From Rickettsiales bacterium (GTDB taxonomy: Bacteria; Pseudomonadota; Alphaproteobacteria; Rickettsiales; UBA1997), in the NCBI GenBank assembly GCA_017620845.1, contig JAGAUJ010000011.1, forward strand, positions 189 through 64,188: a stretch of DNA of 64,000 bases, in the 5' to 3' direction. Shown here piece after piece: positions 48,051-58,803 of this stretch; position 1 is the stretch's first letter, and the number at the start of each line of letters is the position of its first letter. The notes beneath the pieces are model-generated. The model was not told the origin of the DNA and made no database searches. It was given only the letters and a program-made list of their open reading frames with translations. Both the position numbers and the translations under genes were made by a program.

Positions 48051-48518
48051 TTACCAGCTATATGAAGCAAATGCTTTATTAGCTTCGGCCATTCTAAATA
48101 CTTCTTCTTTTTTCTTGAATGCCCAGCCTGTGCTGTTAGAAACTTCTAATAAACTTTTAACTATTTTTTCAGCTAATGTTTTACCAGATTGTTTTCTTAT
48201 AGAAATTGTTAACCATTTTAAAGCCAAAGATAGACCTCTTCTGTCAGATACTTCTACTGGAACTTGGTATGTAGCACCACCAATTCTTCTTGATCTAACT
48301 TCAATTTTTGGTGTTATTTTTTCAATTAATTCAGCAAAAGCCTCTACTGGCTCTTTTTTAAGTTTTTCTGCAATTTCTTCAAGTGCCGTATAAGTTGCTT
48401 TTTCTACTATTGATTTTTTACCATCTAACATAACATAGTTCATAAATTTTGCAACCAAAACACTGTTATATTTTGCGTCTGGTATAACAACTCTTTTAAC
48501 CGCTGCTCTTCTTCTCAT
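48051..48518 (-). CDS. rpsG: 30S ribosomal protein S7
   Basis: 155 aa with MRRRAAVKRVVIPDAKYNS... It is full-length S7. Confidence 0.97.
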   Translation of the reverse strand: MRRRAAVKRVVIPDAKYNSVLVAKFMNYVMLDGKKSIVEKATYTALEEIAEKLKKEPVEAFAELIEKITPKIEVRSRRIGGATYQVPVEVSDRRGLSLALKWLTISIRKQSGKTLAEKIVKSLLEVSNSTGWAFKKKEEVFRMAEANKAFASYSW

Positions 48519-48535
48519 TATAACTCCTGTATTTA

Positions 48536-48907
48536 TTATTTAGGTCTTTTAACACCGTATCTTGAACGGCCTTGTTTTCTATCTTTAACACCTTGTGTAT
48601 CTAAATATCCTCTAATTATGTGATATCTTACACCTGGTAAGTCTTTAACCCTACCACCTCTTATAGCAACTACACTGTGCTCTTGTAAGTTGTGACCTTC
48701 GCCTGGAATGTAAGCAATAACCTCATTTCCATTTGATAATTTAACTCTGGCAACTTTTCGTAAAGCTGAGTTTGGTTTTTTTGGAGTTGTTGTATAAACT
48801 TTTAGACAAACACCTCTAACTTGTGGGCAAGCCTTCATTGCTGGCACTTTATTTTTAACAACCTTGGCTTTCCTTGGTTTTTTTATTAATTGATTTATTG
48901 TAGGCAT
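48536..48907 (-). CDS. rpsL: 30S ribosomal protein S12
   Basis: 123 aa with [13 protein letters not shown]...[14 protein letters not shown]... Confidence 0.97.
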   Translation of the reverse strand: MPTINQLIKKPRKAKVVKNKVPAMKACPQVRGVCLKVYTTTPKKPNSALRKVARVKLSNGNEVIAYIPGEGHNLQEHSVVAIRGGRVKDLPGVRYHIIRGYLDTQGVKDRKQGRSRYGVKRPK

Positions 48908-49182
48908 TAAAAAATCCTCTATTATTTATGATTTATAATAAATTTATTAAGATATAATCATTAAATTCTCTTAATCAGCACGATTAAGTCCATTTGATAG
49001 TGATATTAATGAGTATATTTTATTTTGCAAGGAAAAAATGAGTTATTTTTAAAAAATGTTGGAGATGTGGATGTGGTTGATTTTATTTTATAAAAAATGT
49101 AATAACAAACTTAAAAATAAATTAGAGCAACAAATAATTTTTATTTATTTTAAGCATATTTACTATACTTTTTAAACTTTTT

Positions 49183-49222
49183 TCAACCAAGTGGTTGACT
49201 TTTATTTTTTATACTTTACAAT
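49183..49222 (+). promoter_or_regulatory. Sigma70-like promoter with an overlapping 7-2-7 palindrome (candidate operator) for the exporter operon
   Basis: TCAACCA-AG-TGGTTGA (49183-49198) overlaps the -35 TTGACT (49195-49200). After a 16-nt spacer comes TACAAT (49217-49222). The ATG is at 49255. Confidence 0.45.
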
Positions 49223-49254
49223 CTCATTAATTTTATTAATACAATTTATTTACT

Positions 49255-50616
49255 ATGTGCAGAAAAATTAAATATTTTATGTATATTTTATTTATATGCG
49301 GAGGAGTTGTATTCACAAACAATGTGAATTCAAAAGAAACAAATAAAATAAAAGACTATTTTGATTATGTAAATTATGATTGGTGGTATAGTTTTAACGA
49401 TAGTAATTTACAGAAATATATACTTAAAGGTTTATTAAACAATAATGATTTAAAAATTTTAAATTTAAAAGTAAAAGAATATGGGGATTTTGTAAAATAT
49501 ACTTTTGGAGAAGAATTACCAACAATTACAACATCTTTACAATATTCAAATGTAAAAGATATACCTTTTAATAATTCTACAATTAACAGTGATGGTTTAA
49601 TGTTACCTTTAAATGTAAGTTATGAATTAGATTTATTTGGCAAAAAAAGACTAAAAACAAAATCAGTAGAAAAGCAATTGGAGATATATAATTATCAATT
49701 ACAAGGTGCATATATTTCTTTTGTATCAAATTTATCTACTTTATATTTTAATATAGTTAGATATAATGAAATTATTTCTTTATATGATGAATTAATCTTG
49801 ATAAAAAATAAAATATTAAAAGATGAAATTATAACATATAACAATGGTTTAAATAGAAAAGTTAATATAAATCAAACTAAACAAGATATAAGAAAAATTA
49901 AAACAGAGAGAATAAATATTTTAAAAAATAGAGATGCTTTACTTACACAATTTGCGGTTATGTTAGGCGAAACACCAGCAAAAGCAAAAGAAATAAAAAT
50001 AACAGATTTTAATAAAATTAATTTTACTGGAAAAATAAGTGCACCTATATCTTCTAATATAATTTTTGTTAGACCAGATGTATTAATTACAGAGAAACAA
50101 TTAGAAAAAGCAAAAATTGATATAAAAGTTGCAAGAAGGGAATTTTTGCCAACTTTTAATATAAGTGGTTCATTAATATTTAATGATATGGCAAGTGGTG
50201 GATTTTTTTCATCTGCTAATACTATAAAAAGTTTAATGGCTGGTGTAAGTCAACCATTGTTTCTTGGTGGAAAATTAAGATTTAACTTAAAAATGAAGCA
50301 AACACAATATGAAGGATTGTTGGAGGAATATAAAAAAACAAGTTTACAAGCAGTAAAAGAGGTAAATGATAGTTTAGTAAATATGATATACGGAGAGAGT
50401 ATAAGTGTTTTAAATCATAAAAATTTAATGTTGGAAGTAAATAATTATAATGATTATAAAATACAGTATAAAAATGGTTTGATATCATATACAGATTTAT
50501 TAAAAACAAAACAAAATTTAATTATATCTAAAATTAATGTAGTTAATTCTAAAATAGAAAATTACATTGATTATATAAGTTTATATAAGGCAACCGCTGG
50601 AAAAATTAATAATTAA
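49255..50616 (+). CDS. Outer-membrane efflux protein (TolC/OMF family)
   Basis: 453 aa with a signal peptide and the two-repeat OEP architecture (..LDLFGKKR.., ..QPLFLGGKLR..). Confidence 0.75.
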   Translation: MCRKIKYFMYILFICGGVVFTNNVNSKETNKIKDYFDYVNYDWWYSFNDSNLQKYILKGLLNNNDLKILNLKVKEYGDFVKYTFGEELPTITTSLQYSNVKDIPFNNSTINSDGLMLPLNVSYELDLFGKKRLKTKSVEKQLEIYNYQLQGAYISFVSNLSTLYFNIVRYNEIISLYDELILIKNKILKDEIITYNNGLNRKVNINQTKQDIRKIKTERINILKNRDALLTQFAVMLGETPAKAKEIKITDFNKINFTGKISAPISSNIIFVRPDVLITEKQLEKAKIDIKVARREFLPTFNISGSLIFNDMASGGFFSSANTIKSLMAGVSQPLFLGGKLRFNLKMKQTQYEGLLEEYKKTSLQAVKEVNDSLVNMIYGESISVLNHKNLMLEVNNYNDYKIQYKNGLISYTDLLKTKQNLIISKINVVNSKIENYIDYISLYKATAGKINN

Positions 50617-50629
50617 TTATGGAGTTTAT

Positions 50630-51451
50630 ATGAAAAATAAAAAAATATGTGCTATATGTTTATTAGTGTTTGGTTTGGTTATTTGTGGTTTTACATTTTT
50701 AAATAAAAACAAACAAAATAATGAAATAACTTTATATGGGAATATTGATATTAGACAAGTTAATTTGGCTTTTAGAACTGCTGGTAGAGTGAAGAGTTTA
50801 AAAGTTGAAGAGGGCAATACAGTTAAGAAAGGTGATTTAGTTGCTACTATTGATGAAGAACCAATTTTAAATAAATTAAATCAAGTAAAAGCACAGTTAA
50901 AAATTGCTAAAATACAAATGCAAAATGCAAACAAATATTTTAATAGAAATGTGGAATTATGTAAAAAGAAAACAATATCAAAACAGGAATGTGATAATAT
51001 TGCTTTAAAAAAAGAAGAAGCAAATGCAAATTATGAGTATGTAAAAGCCTTATATGATGATTTAAACACTAGTTATAATGATTGTAAATTATATTCGCCA
51101 AGTGATGGTATTGTTTTAATTAGAGTTCAAGATGAAGGTGCTATTGTAAATACTGGAACACCAATATATACATTATCATTAAATGATGAAATGTGGGCAA
51201 AAGTATATATTGATGAAACTGATTTGGGTAAAGTAAAAATAGGTTCACAAGTAAGAATTTATACAGATTCAACAGCAAAAGTTTACAATGGCCACATTGG
51301 TTTTATTTCGCCAGTTGCAGAGTTTACACCAAAAAATATAGAGACTACAACTTTGAGAACAGATTTGGTTTATAAAGTAAAAGTTGTTATTGATGACGCT
51401 GATGATTATTTAAAACAAGGTATGCCAATAACAGTAAAAATTCAACATTAA
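50630..51451 (+). CDS. HlyD-family periplasmic adaptor (YbhG-like, short)
   Basis: 273 aa with an N-terminal TM segment and a YGNIDIRQVNLAFRTAGRVKSL.V.EG..VKKGDLVA lipoyl-like motif. The C-terminus is GMPITVKI. Confidence 0.8.
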   Translation: MKNKKICAICLLVFGLVICGFTFLNKNKQNNEITLYGNIDIRQVNLAFRTAGRVKSLKVEEGNTVKKGDLVATIDEEPILNKLNQVKAQLKIAKIQMQNANKYFNRNVELCKKKTISKQECDNIALKKEEANANYEYVKALYDDLNTSYNDCKLYSPSDGIVLIRVQDEGAIVNTGTPIYTLSLNDEMWAKVYIDETDLGKVKIGSQVRIYTDSTAKVYNGHIGFISPVAEFTPKNIETTTLRTDLVYKVKVVIDDADDYLKQGMPITVKIQH

Positions 51452-51472
51452 TTATTAAGTATTAAATTAATA

Positions 51473-53173
51473 GTGGGCACTATTATGGAAGAAATAGTTA
51501 TAGTTAATAATTTAACAAAACAGTTTGAAGATAACATTGCTATAAACAATATATCTTTTAGTATAAAAAAAGGAGATATAGTTGGACTTGTTGGACCAGA
51601 TGGTGCTGGTAAAACAACTCTTATAAGGTTATTAATAGGATTATTAAAACCGACAAGTGGTTCAATAGATATATTGGGGCTTAGTCCATTAGATGATGTA
51701 AATGAGTTACATAAAGTTGTGGGTTATATGCCTCAAAAATTTGGACTTTATGAAGATTTAACGGTGCAAGAAAATCTGGAACTATATGCTAATTTAAAGG
51801 GTTTAAGTAAGAAAGAAAAAGAAGAATATTTTAAAATAATGTTATCTTTTACAAATCTAAAAACTTTTACTGATAGACTTGCTGGGCGACTGTCTGGTGG
51901 TATGAAACAAAAACTTGGACTTGCTTGTTCTTTATTGGGTAACCCGCAGTTTTTACTATTGGATGAACCAGGGGTTGGTGTAGATCCAATATCAAGAAGA
52001 GAATTAATGTCAATGGTTAGAGAATTAAGTAAGGGTGGTATGACAATTTTATGGTCTACTTCTTATCTTGATGAAGCAGAAAATTTTGATAAAACAATAG
52101 TGTTAAATGAGGGGCAGATTTTATATGATGGTATACCAAGTGATTTGACTAAAACAATGGAAGGAAATGTATTTTTGACAAAAGATGTAAATGCAAAAAA
52201 TAGAACATTGTTAAGAAAAATATTAAAAAGTAGAAAAAAAGTTGTTGATGCTGTTATTGAAGGAGATTCTGTTAGAGTAAGTATAACAGATGATAAAATA
52301 AAAAATAAATTTAGTAATTATTTAATTAAAACAAAACCAAGATTTGAAGATGCTGTTATTAATTTATTGGGTGGTTGCCCACTTGGTGAGTCAAAAGTTG
52401 CAAAAAGTGTTGCAGTAGATGATAATATTGAATATGTTATTGAAGTAAAAGATTTGACAAAAATTTATGGCACTTTTACCGCAGCAAATAAAATAAATTT
52501 TTCGATAAAGAAGGGTGAAATATTTGGGCTTTTAGGACCTAATGGAGCAGGGAAATCTACAAGTTTTAAAATGATGTGTGGTTTATCAAAACCAACGTAT
52601 GGTGATGCTTATATTATGGGTATAGATATGAGAAAACAACCAGAATTAGCAAGAGAAAAGTTGGGTTATATGGCACAAAAGTTTTCATTATTTTCAAATT
52701 TAACTGTTTTAGATAATTTAAAATTTTTCTCTGGTATATATGGTTTAAATAAAAAAGAACAAGAAGCAAAAATTCAGCAAATGATTGAAGTGTTTGATTT
52801 TCAAGATTATATAAATATGAATTCTGGTTTATTGCCATTAGGTTTTAAACAAAGATTATCTTTGGCTTGTGCTATAATGCATAATCCACCAATTTTATTT
52901 CTTGACGAACCAACAAGTGGAGTAGATCCACTTACAAGAAGAGAGTTTTGGAATCATATTAATTCAATGGTTGAAAAAGGTGTAACTGTTATGGTTACAA
53001 CACATTTTATGGATGAAGCAGAATATTGTGATAGAATTGCTTTAATTTATAAAGGAAGAGCAATTAGAATGGGCAATCCAACAAGTTTAAAAAAAGATGG
53101 AGAAACTATGGAGGATGCTTTTATTAGAATTATACAAGAATATGATGAAGAACATGGGGAGGAAAGAGTATGA
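51473..53173 (+). CDS. ABC transporter ATP-binding protein with two fused ATPase domains (YbhF-like)
   Basis: 566 aa with two Walker A motifs (GPDGAGKTT, GPNGAGKST), a clear LSGGMKQKL signature in the first cassette and a degenerate one (LPLGFKQRLSLA) in the second. The start is GTG 51473 or ATG 51485. Confidence 0.9.
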   Translation: MGTIMEEIVIVNNLTKQFEDNIAINNISFSIKKGDIVGLVGPDGAGKTTLIRLLIGLLKPTSGSIDILGLSPLDDVNELHKVVGYMPQKFGLYEDLTVQENLELYANLKGLSKKEKEEYFKIMLSFTNLKTFTDRLAGRLSGGMKQKLGLACSLLGNPQFLLLDEPGVGVDPISRRELMSMVRELSKGGMTILWSTSYLDEAENFDKTIVLNEGQILYDGIPSDLTKTMEGNVFLTKDVNAKNRTLLRKILKSRKKVVDAVIEGDSVRVSITDDKIKNKFSNYLIKTKPRFEDAVINLLGGCPLGESKVAKSVAVDDNIEYVIEVKDLTKIYGTFTAANKINFSIKKGEIFGLLGPNGAGKSTSFKMMCGLSKPTYGDAYIMGIDMRKQPELAREKLGYMAQKFSLFSNLTVLDNLKFFSGIYGLNKKEQEAKIQQMIEVFDFQDYINMNSGLLPLGFKQRLSLACAIMHNPPILFLDEPTSGVDPLTRREFWNHINSMVEKGVTVMVTTHFMDEAEYCDRIALIYKGRAIRMGNPTSLKKDGETMEDAFIRIIQEYDEEHGEERV

Positions 53174-54288
53174 GTTTAAAAATATTTAATTCATTAGTAA
53201 AAAAGGAAGTAAAACAAATTGTAAGAGACCCAAGTAATGTTTTAGTTGCTTTTTTATTACCATTAGTAATGATGTTAATATTTGGTTACGCTATAAATCT
53301 TGATACAAATACTGTAAAAATAGGTGTGCTTGTAGATGGTTATAAAGATCAAGTTAAAAATTTGGTAGATAGTTTTAAAAGCACAGAATATTTAAATACA
53401 ACAGAATATTATAGCCGTAAAGAAATGGAAAAAGATATTATTTCTGGTAAAATAAAAGCAATGGTTATTATACCAAGTAATTTTGCTAAAAATCTTTATA
53501 GTGGAACAAATACCGCACAAATACAGTTATTGATTGATGGAAGCGATCCAAATACTTCTACATTTATAGAGGGTTATATTGCTGGAACTGTTAATAATTG
53601 GTTAACCATTTCCGAAATAGAAAAGGGGCAGACTGCAAAATCTTTATTAAATATTCAAAACTCAGTTTGGTTTAATCCGGAGTTAAAAAGTATTAATTTT
53701 ATATTACCATCATCAATATCTATGATTATAACATTAGTTGGTATGATGTTGACTGCCCTTGTTATAGCAAGAGAATGGGAAAGGGGAACAATGGAGTCTT
53801 TATTAACAACAGAAATTAGTAAGTTAGATATTATTTTATCAAAATTTGTTGCTTATTACGGTTTAACAATGTCGTCAGTGTTGTTTTGTTCTTTTATGTG
53901 TATAGTTTGGTTTAAAATACCATTTCATGGATCGTATTTAGTTTATTTTATAACTGCAAGTTTATTTGCTTTTACATCATTAGGGCAAGGACTTTTAGTG
54001 TCTACTTTGTGTAAAAATCAATTTTTGGCTTCAATTACTGTTGCTATGGTTGGTTTACTTCCAGCAACTATGTTGTCAGGGACAATGTTTGAAATATCAT
54101 CAATGCCAAAAATAATTCAATTAATATCTTATATAGTGCCAGCAAGATATTTTAGTGCTTGTATAAGAAATCTATTTAATGCTGGAAATATATGGAGTGT
54201 GTTAATGACACAAAGTTTATTCATGATTATATTTAGTATAGTTATTTTCTTTTTTATTTATAAAAAAACACAAACAAGATTGGAGTAA
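53170..54288 (+). CDS. ABC-2 type transporter permease (YbhS-like)
   Basis: 372 aa with an N-terminal TM segment, a large periplasmic loop and a 5-TM ABC-2 core. The ATG overlaps the ATPase stop. Confidence 0.85.
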   Translation: MSLKIFNSLVKKEVKQIVRDPSNVLVAFLLPLVMMLIFGYAINLDTNTVKIGVLVDGYKDQVKNLVDSFKSTEYLNTTEYYSRKEMEKDIISGKIKAMVIIPSNFAKNLYSGTNTAQIQLLIDGSDPNTSTFIEGYIAGTVNNWLTISEIEKGQTAKSLLNIQNSVWFNPELKSINFILPSSISMIITLVGMMLTALVIAREWERGTMESLLTTEISKLDIILSKFVAYYGLTMSSVLFCSFMCIVWFKIPFHGSYLVYFITASLFAFTSLGQGLLVSTLCKNQFLASITVAMVGLLPATMLSGTMFEISSMPKIIQLISYIVPARYFSACIRNLFNAGNIWSVLMTQSLFMIIFSIVIFFFIYKKTQTRLE

Positions 54289-54291
54289 ATT

Positions 54292-55404
54292 ATGATTAGA
54301 TGGAGCAGAATTTGGTCTTTGGTAGTTAAGGAGTTTAAAAGTGTATTGGCAGATAAAAATAATAGAAATATGATTTTATTATCACCATTGTTGCAATTGG
54401 TGTTGTTTGCTAATGTGGCATCATTGGAAATTAAGAAAGTTTTTATTTCTGTTTATGATAAAGATAATACTGAATTATCAAGAACTTTGACAGAAAAATT
54501 TGAAAAAACGCCTATTATAAAAAAAGTTTATCATATAAATAATGATAAAGAAATGAAAGAACTTGTAGACAAAGAAAAAGTGTTTGTTGCAATAACAATT
54601 CCACAAGATTTTGCTAAAAATATTTATGATGGAAGTGGAACAGATATCCAAATTATAATAGATGGTAGAAGGTCAAATTCTTCACAAATAGTTGCAAGTT
54701 ATATTTCATCTATAATACAAAAATTTGCTGGTGAAATAAATGAAGCAGAAAAAATACAACAACCAGTAGAAATAAGAACAAGAAATTTGTTTAACCCAAC
54801 TTTGAATTATCAATGGTTTATTTGTGTTTGTTTAACTGGTGTTTTGGCTATGAATATGGCTTTTTCAATAACTGCATTAGCAATAGCACAAGAAAAAGAA
54901 TTGGGAACATTTGAGCAAACTATTGTTTCACCTCTTACTTCTTTGGAAATTATAATTGGAAAAACAATTCCTGCTATATTAATTGCTTTATTTGATGTAA
55001 CTTTGATGATTATTGGTTCAATTTTGTTGTTTAAAGTTCCAATTGAAGGTTCTATTTTTATGATATATTTTTCTGTGTTTGTGTTTTTGTTGGCAATGTC
55101 TGGGATTGGTTTATCATTGTCAACTATTTGTAAAACTCAACAACAATCTGTTTTGGGTATGTCTTTACTTTCTGCTCCGCTTATGATGTTGTCTGGTTTT
55201 ATGAGTCCTGTTGAAAATATGTCTTGGTTGGCACAAAAAATTGCAATGATTAATCCTTTAACGTATTTTTTTGAATTATTGAAAGGTATTTTTTTGAGAA
55301 ATATAGGAATGATAACTATTTTTGAAAATATTGTTCCGTTGATGCTGATTGCTGGTGTGACTTTGACGTTTAGTTGGTGGTTTTTTAATAAGAATTTGAG
55401 TTAA
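54292..55404 (+). CDS. ABC-2 type transporter permease (YbhR-like)
   Basis: A 370-aa paralogue of the preceding permease with the same topology. Confidence 0.85.
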   Translation: MIRWSRIWSLVVKEFKSVLADKNNRNMILLSPLLQLVLFANVASLEIKKVFISVYDKDNTELSRTLTEKFEKTPIIKKVYHINNDKEMKELVDKEKVFVAITIPQDFAKNIYDGSGTDIQIIIDGRRSNSSQIVASYISSIIQKFAGEINEAEKIQQPVEIRTRNLFNPTLNYQWFICVCLTGVLAMNMAFSITALAIAQEKELGTFEQTIVSPLTSLEIIIGKTIPAILIALFDVTLMIIGSILLFKVPIEGSIFMIYFSVFVFLLAMSGIGLSLSTICKTQQQSVLGMSLLSAPLMMLSGFMSPVENMSWLAQKIAMINPLTYFFELLKGIFLRNIGMITIFENIVPLMLIAGVTLTFSWWFFNKNLS

Positions 55405-55474
55405 AAATAGTTATTTTACTTGATTTATTTTTTACAAACTTTATCATTATTAAAAATAATAATCACAAAAGACT

Positions 55475-56254
55475 TTGGAAAATAACGAAACAAAAAACGT
55501 AATATGTATAAAATGGGGTGCATATTATGGTGCTAAATACATTAATTCGCTTTATCGTGGCATAAAAAAACACACAAAATATAACATAAATTTTTATTGT
55601 TTTACAGATAATAGTGATGGTTTTGATGATGGTATTATAGCAAAACCACTTCCAACAATGAATGTAAAAGAAATTAGAAATGCTTATTTAAAAGAAGTTG
55701 GTTTATGTGATAATAATTTAGGTGGTTTGGCAGGTCAAAGAGTTTTATATTTTGATTTAGATACAGTTATAGTAGATAATATTGATTCATTTTTTGAACT
55801 TCCAAAAGGTGATGAATTTTATATAATAAATGATTGGAATACAAGAGGTGATAGAGTGGGGCAGGGTTCTTGTTTTTCATTTGTAGTTGGGACTTTGGGT
55901 TATATAAAAGATTATTTTGAAGAGCATTATATGGAAATTTATGATAAATATTATACTGCTTCACAAGAGTATTTGTCTGATAAGGTTGTTGAAAAATATG
56001 GAAAATTGAATTTTTGGCCGGCTTCTTGGGCTAAAAGTTTTAGATTTCATTGTTTGCCAACTCCATTGATTCCATTTTTAAGAAGATTTAAAACTGCAAC
56101 AATTCCAAACAAAGCAAAAATAATTTGTTTTCACGGTTATCCAAAATTGGAAGATGCTATTGAGGGTGTTTGGCCAGAGAAGAAGGTTTGGAAGAGGTTG
56201 TTTTATAAACATTTAAGGCCGGTTGCTTGGTTGAAGAATTATTGGGGGGAGTAG
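55475..56254 (+). CDS. Putative GT-A-like glycosyltransferase (conserved hypothetical)
   Basis: 259 aa with a TTG start. It has VICIKWGAYYGAKYINSLYRGI, YFDLDTVIV (DxD-like) and ICFHGYPKLEDA motifs, recalled from an uncharacterised glycosyltransferase-like family. Confidence 0.45.
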   Translation: MENNETKNVICIKWGAYYGAKYINSLYRGIKKHTKYNINFYCFTDNSDGFDDGIIAKPLPTMNVKEIRNAYLKEVGLCDNNLGGLAGQRVLYFDLDTVIVDNIDSFFELPKGDEFYIINDWNTRGDRVGQGSCFSFVVGTLGYIKDYFEEHYMEIYDKYYTASQEYLSDKVVEKYGKLNFWPASWAKSFRFHCLPTPLIPFLRRFKTATIPNKAKIICFHGYPKLEDAIEGVWPEKKVWKRLFYKHLRPVAWLKNYWGE

Positions 56255-56668
56255 TTTTTAGTTTTTTGATGTTAAGCATTTATATTTGATTTAATAAAAA
56301 ATATTTATAAAAAATACTTGTGATGGTGATTGAGTCAAGTAATCTTGATGTTTGATATTTGGCTGCTGATTGATGCTTGTTTGTTAATATTTTACTAAAA
56401 TGTGTGAAATTATCATTTTGTATGTTGTGTGGTTATAGTATTAAAATGATATTTTGAGTTTTGTTTTATACTCACTTATTTTTGAATAAGAGTAAGTATT
56501 TGTTTAAATGGTTTATTGTAATTTTTTTGTTAATGTTTGGTGTTATATTGATTTTATATTACATTAAATCAACAATAATTTTATTTTTTTAAACAACTTT
56601 TTAATTATTCAGTTGAAAATTTCAAATTAAATACTATCTTATAATCAGCAACAAAAAAAATTCAAAAA

Positions 56669-57874
56669 ATGCGACTATATCTTGACTATCAAGCCACAAC
56701 ACCATTAGACAAAAGGGTTCTTGACGAAATGATGTTAACAATGACAACAGAATTTGGCAATGCACACTCAAAAAGCCACTCATTTGGTTGGGAAGCAGAA
56801 AGATTAGTAGAAAAAGCAAGAGAACAAGTTGCAAATGTTATAGGTGCTGATGCTAAAGATATAATTTTTACATCTGGTGCAACAGAATCAAACAATCTTG
56901 CTATAAAAGGAGTTGTAAGATTTAATAAGAGTGACAAAAAAAATCATATAATCACAGTTCAAACAGAACACAAATGCGTTCTTGAAAGTTGCAGATATCT
57001 TGAATTAAAAGAGGGTTTTAAGATAACATATTTATCAGTTGGAAGCGATGGTTTAATTAATCTTGAAGAATTAAAAAATGCCATTACTGACAACACTATT
57101 TTAGTATCAGTAATGGGTGTAAATAATGAAATTGGTGTAATACAAGACTTAAAATCAATAGGTAAGATATGTAGAGAAAGGGGGGTATATTTTCATACGG
57201 ACTGCGCACAAGCATTTGGAAAAATACCCTTAAATGTTGATGAAATGAATATAGATTTAATGAGTATTTCAGGACACAAAATATATGGACCAAAAGGTAT
57301 TGGTGCTTTATATGTTAGAAGAAAACCAAGAGTAAAAATTGAAGCAATTATAAATGGTGGTGGGCAAGAAAGAGGTTTAAGATCTGGAACTTTGGCAGTT
57401 CCTTTAATAGTTGGACTTGGTAAAGCATCACAATTAATGCAAGAAGACGGCGAAAAGGATAAACAAAAAATTGACAAATTTGCGAATCAAATAATTAATG
57501 AATTTTTAAAAATAAAAAAAGTTGACTTAAATGGAAGTTTAGAACATAGATGGATGGGTTGTTTAAATTTTAGTTTTGCTGGCGTAGAAGGTGAATCTTT
57601 GATGATGGCGATAAATGATATTGCTGTTTCGTCTGGTTCTGCTTGCACTTCAGCTACACTTGATCCATCTTATGTTATAAAAGCAATTGGAACAAAAGAC
57701 GAATTAGCACACTCTTCAATAAGGGTTGGGCTTGGACGATTTACAACACAAGAAGAAGTTGATTATTTTATAAAAAGAGTAAAAGAAGAATTGCCAAAAT
57801 TGAGAGATATGAGTCCATTATGGGAAATGATGGAAAATAATGTTGATTTAAGTAAAATCAAATGGAAAGATTAA
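56669..57874 (+). CDS. iscS: Cysteine desulfurase (IscS/NifS class I)
   Basis: 401 aa with LDYQATTP, the PLP-Lys context [15 protein letters not shown] and the catalytic Cys loop SSGSACTS. Confidence 0.85.
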   Translation: MRLYLDYQATTPLDKRVLDEMMLTMTTEFGNAHSKSHSFGWEAERLVEKAREQVANVIGADAKDIIFTSGATESNNLAIKGVVRFNKSDKKNHIITVQTEHKCVLESCRYLELKEGFKITYLSVGSDGLINLEELKNAITDNTILVSVMGVNNEIGVIQDLKSIGKICRERGVYFHTDCAQAFGKIPLNVDEMNIDLMSISGHKIYGPKGIGALYVRRKPRVKIEAIINGGGQERGLRSGTLAVPLIVGLGKASQLMQEDGEKDKQKIDKFANQIINEFLKIKKVDLNGSLEHRWMGCLNFSFAGVEGESLMMAINDIAVSSGSACTSATLDPSYVIKAIGTKDELAHSSIRVGLGRFTTQEEVDYFIKRVKEELPKLRDMSPLWEMMENNVDLSKIKWKD

Positions 57875-57901
57875 TATTTTAATAATTTGAAAGGAGTAAA
57901 A

Positions 57902-58624
57902 ATGACAAGAGAAAATGGCAGACAAAACGATGAACTAAGAGAAATTGAAATTCAAACAGATATAAATAAACACGCAGAGGGTTCTTGTTTAATATATTGT
58001 GGAGATACACAAGTGATTTGCACTGCAACAATTGAAGAAAAAGTGCCACCTTTTTTAAGAGGAAAAGGCGAGGGTTGGATTACTGCTGAATACAATATGA
58101 TTCCAAGAGCAACTGGAACGAGAGTTCAAAGAGATAGGGGCGAAAAAGTTAATAGTAGAGCATTGGAAATACAAAGACTTATAGGTCGTTCATTAAGAAG
58201 TTGTGTAGATATGAAGAAACTTGGGGAAAGGCAAATTTTGATAGATTGTGATGTTATACAGGCCGATGGTGGAACAAGATGTGCTTCTATAACTGGTGGT
58301 TTTGTTGCTATGTATTTGGCAATACAAGACTTAATTAAAAGGCGAGTTATAAAGGAAAATCCAATAACTAATTTTGTAAGTGCTGTTTCTTGTGGTGTTT
58401 GTAATGGTGAGTGTGTTTTGGATTTTGATTATGATGAAGATAGTAATAGTGAGTGTGATGTAAATTTTATTTTAAATGATAAACAAGAAATAATTGAGGT
58501 TCAAGGCACTGCAGAGGGTAAACCATTTTCTTTTGAGCAATTTAATAAATTGTATTCTTTGGCAGTCAAGGGAACGAAAGAATTGATTGAAAAGCAAAAA
58601 GAAGCATTAGAGTTGTTATTATAA
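57902..58624 (+). CDS. rph: Ribonuclease PH
   Basis: The ATG at 57902 is preceded by AAGGAG. It has RENGRQNDELREIEI...HAEGSCLI..GDT.VICTA and ...DCDVIQADGGTR. Confidence 0.92.
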   Translation: MTRENGRQNDELREIEIQTDINKHAEGSCLIYCGDTQVICTATIEEKVPPFLRGKGEGWITAEYNMIPRATGTRVQRDRGEKVNSRALEIQRLIGRSLRSCVDMKKLGERQILIDCDVIQADGGTRCASITGGFVAMYLAIQDLIKRRVIKENPITNFVSAVSCGVCNGECVLDFDYDEDSNSECDVNFILNDKQEIIEVQGTAEGKPFSFEQFNKLYSLAVKGTKELIEKQKEALELLL

Positions 58625-58803
58625 TTTTTTTGTATTTCAGAATTTAAATATATAATTGATTAAGTTTATTGATTAATAATTTATTGGTGTTGTTATAAAA
58701 TTATAAGTATTGTAATATAATTATTAGTTTTTTATATTTTTTTCTTGTTTTTTAAAAAGTTATCATTATATTGCAATTATCATTTTATCATTTTATAAAA
58801 ATT

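Noticed and set aside
56255-56668. A 414-bp non-coding spacer upstream of iscS with small hydrophobic mini-ORFs (for example a 19-codon MVYCNFFVNVWCYIDFILH) and imperfect hairpins.
   Set aside because: The mini-ORFs lack ribosome-binding sites and are typical of random GT-rich sequence. The hairpins are short and imperfect. Nothing is supportable without transcript data.
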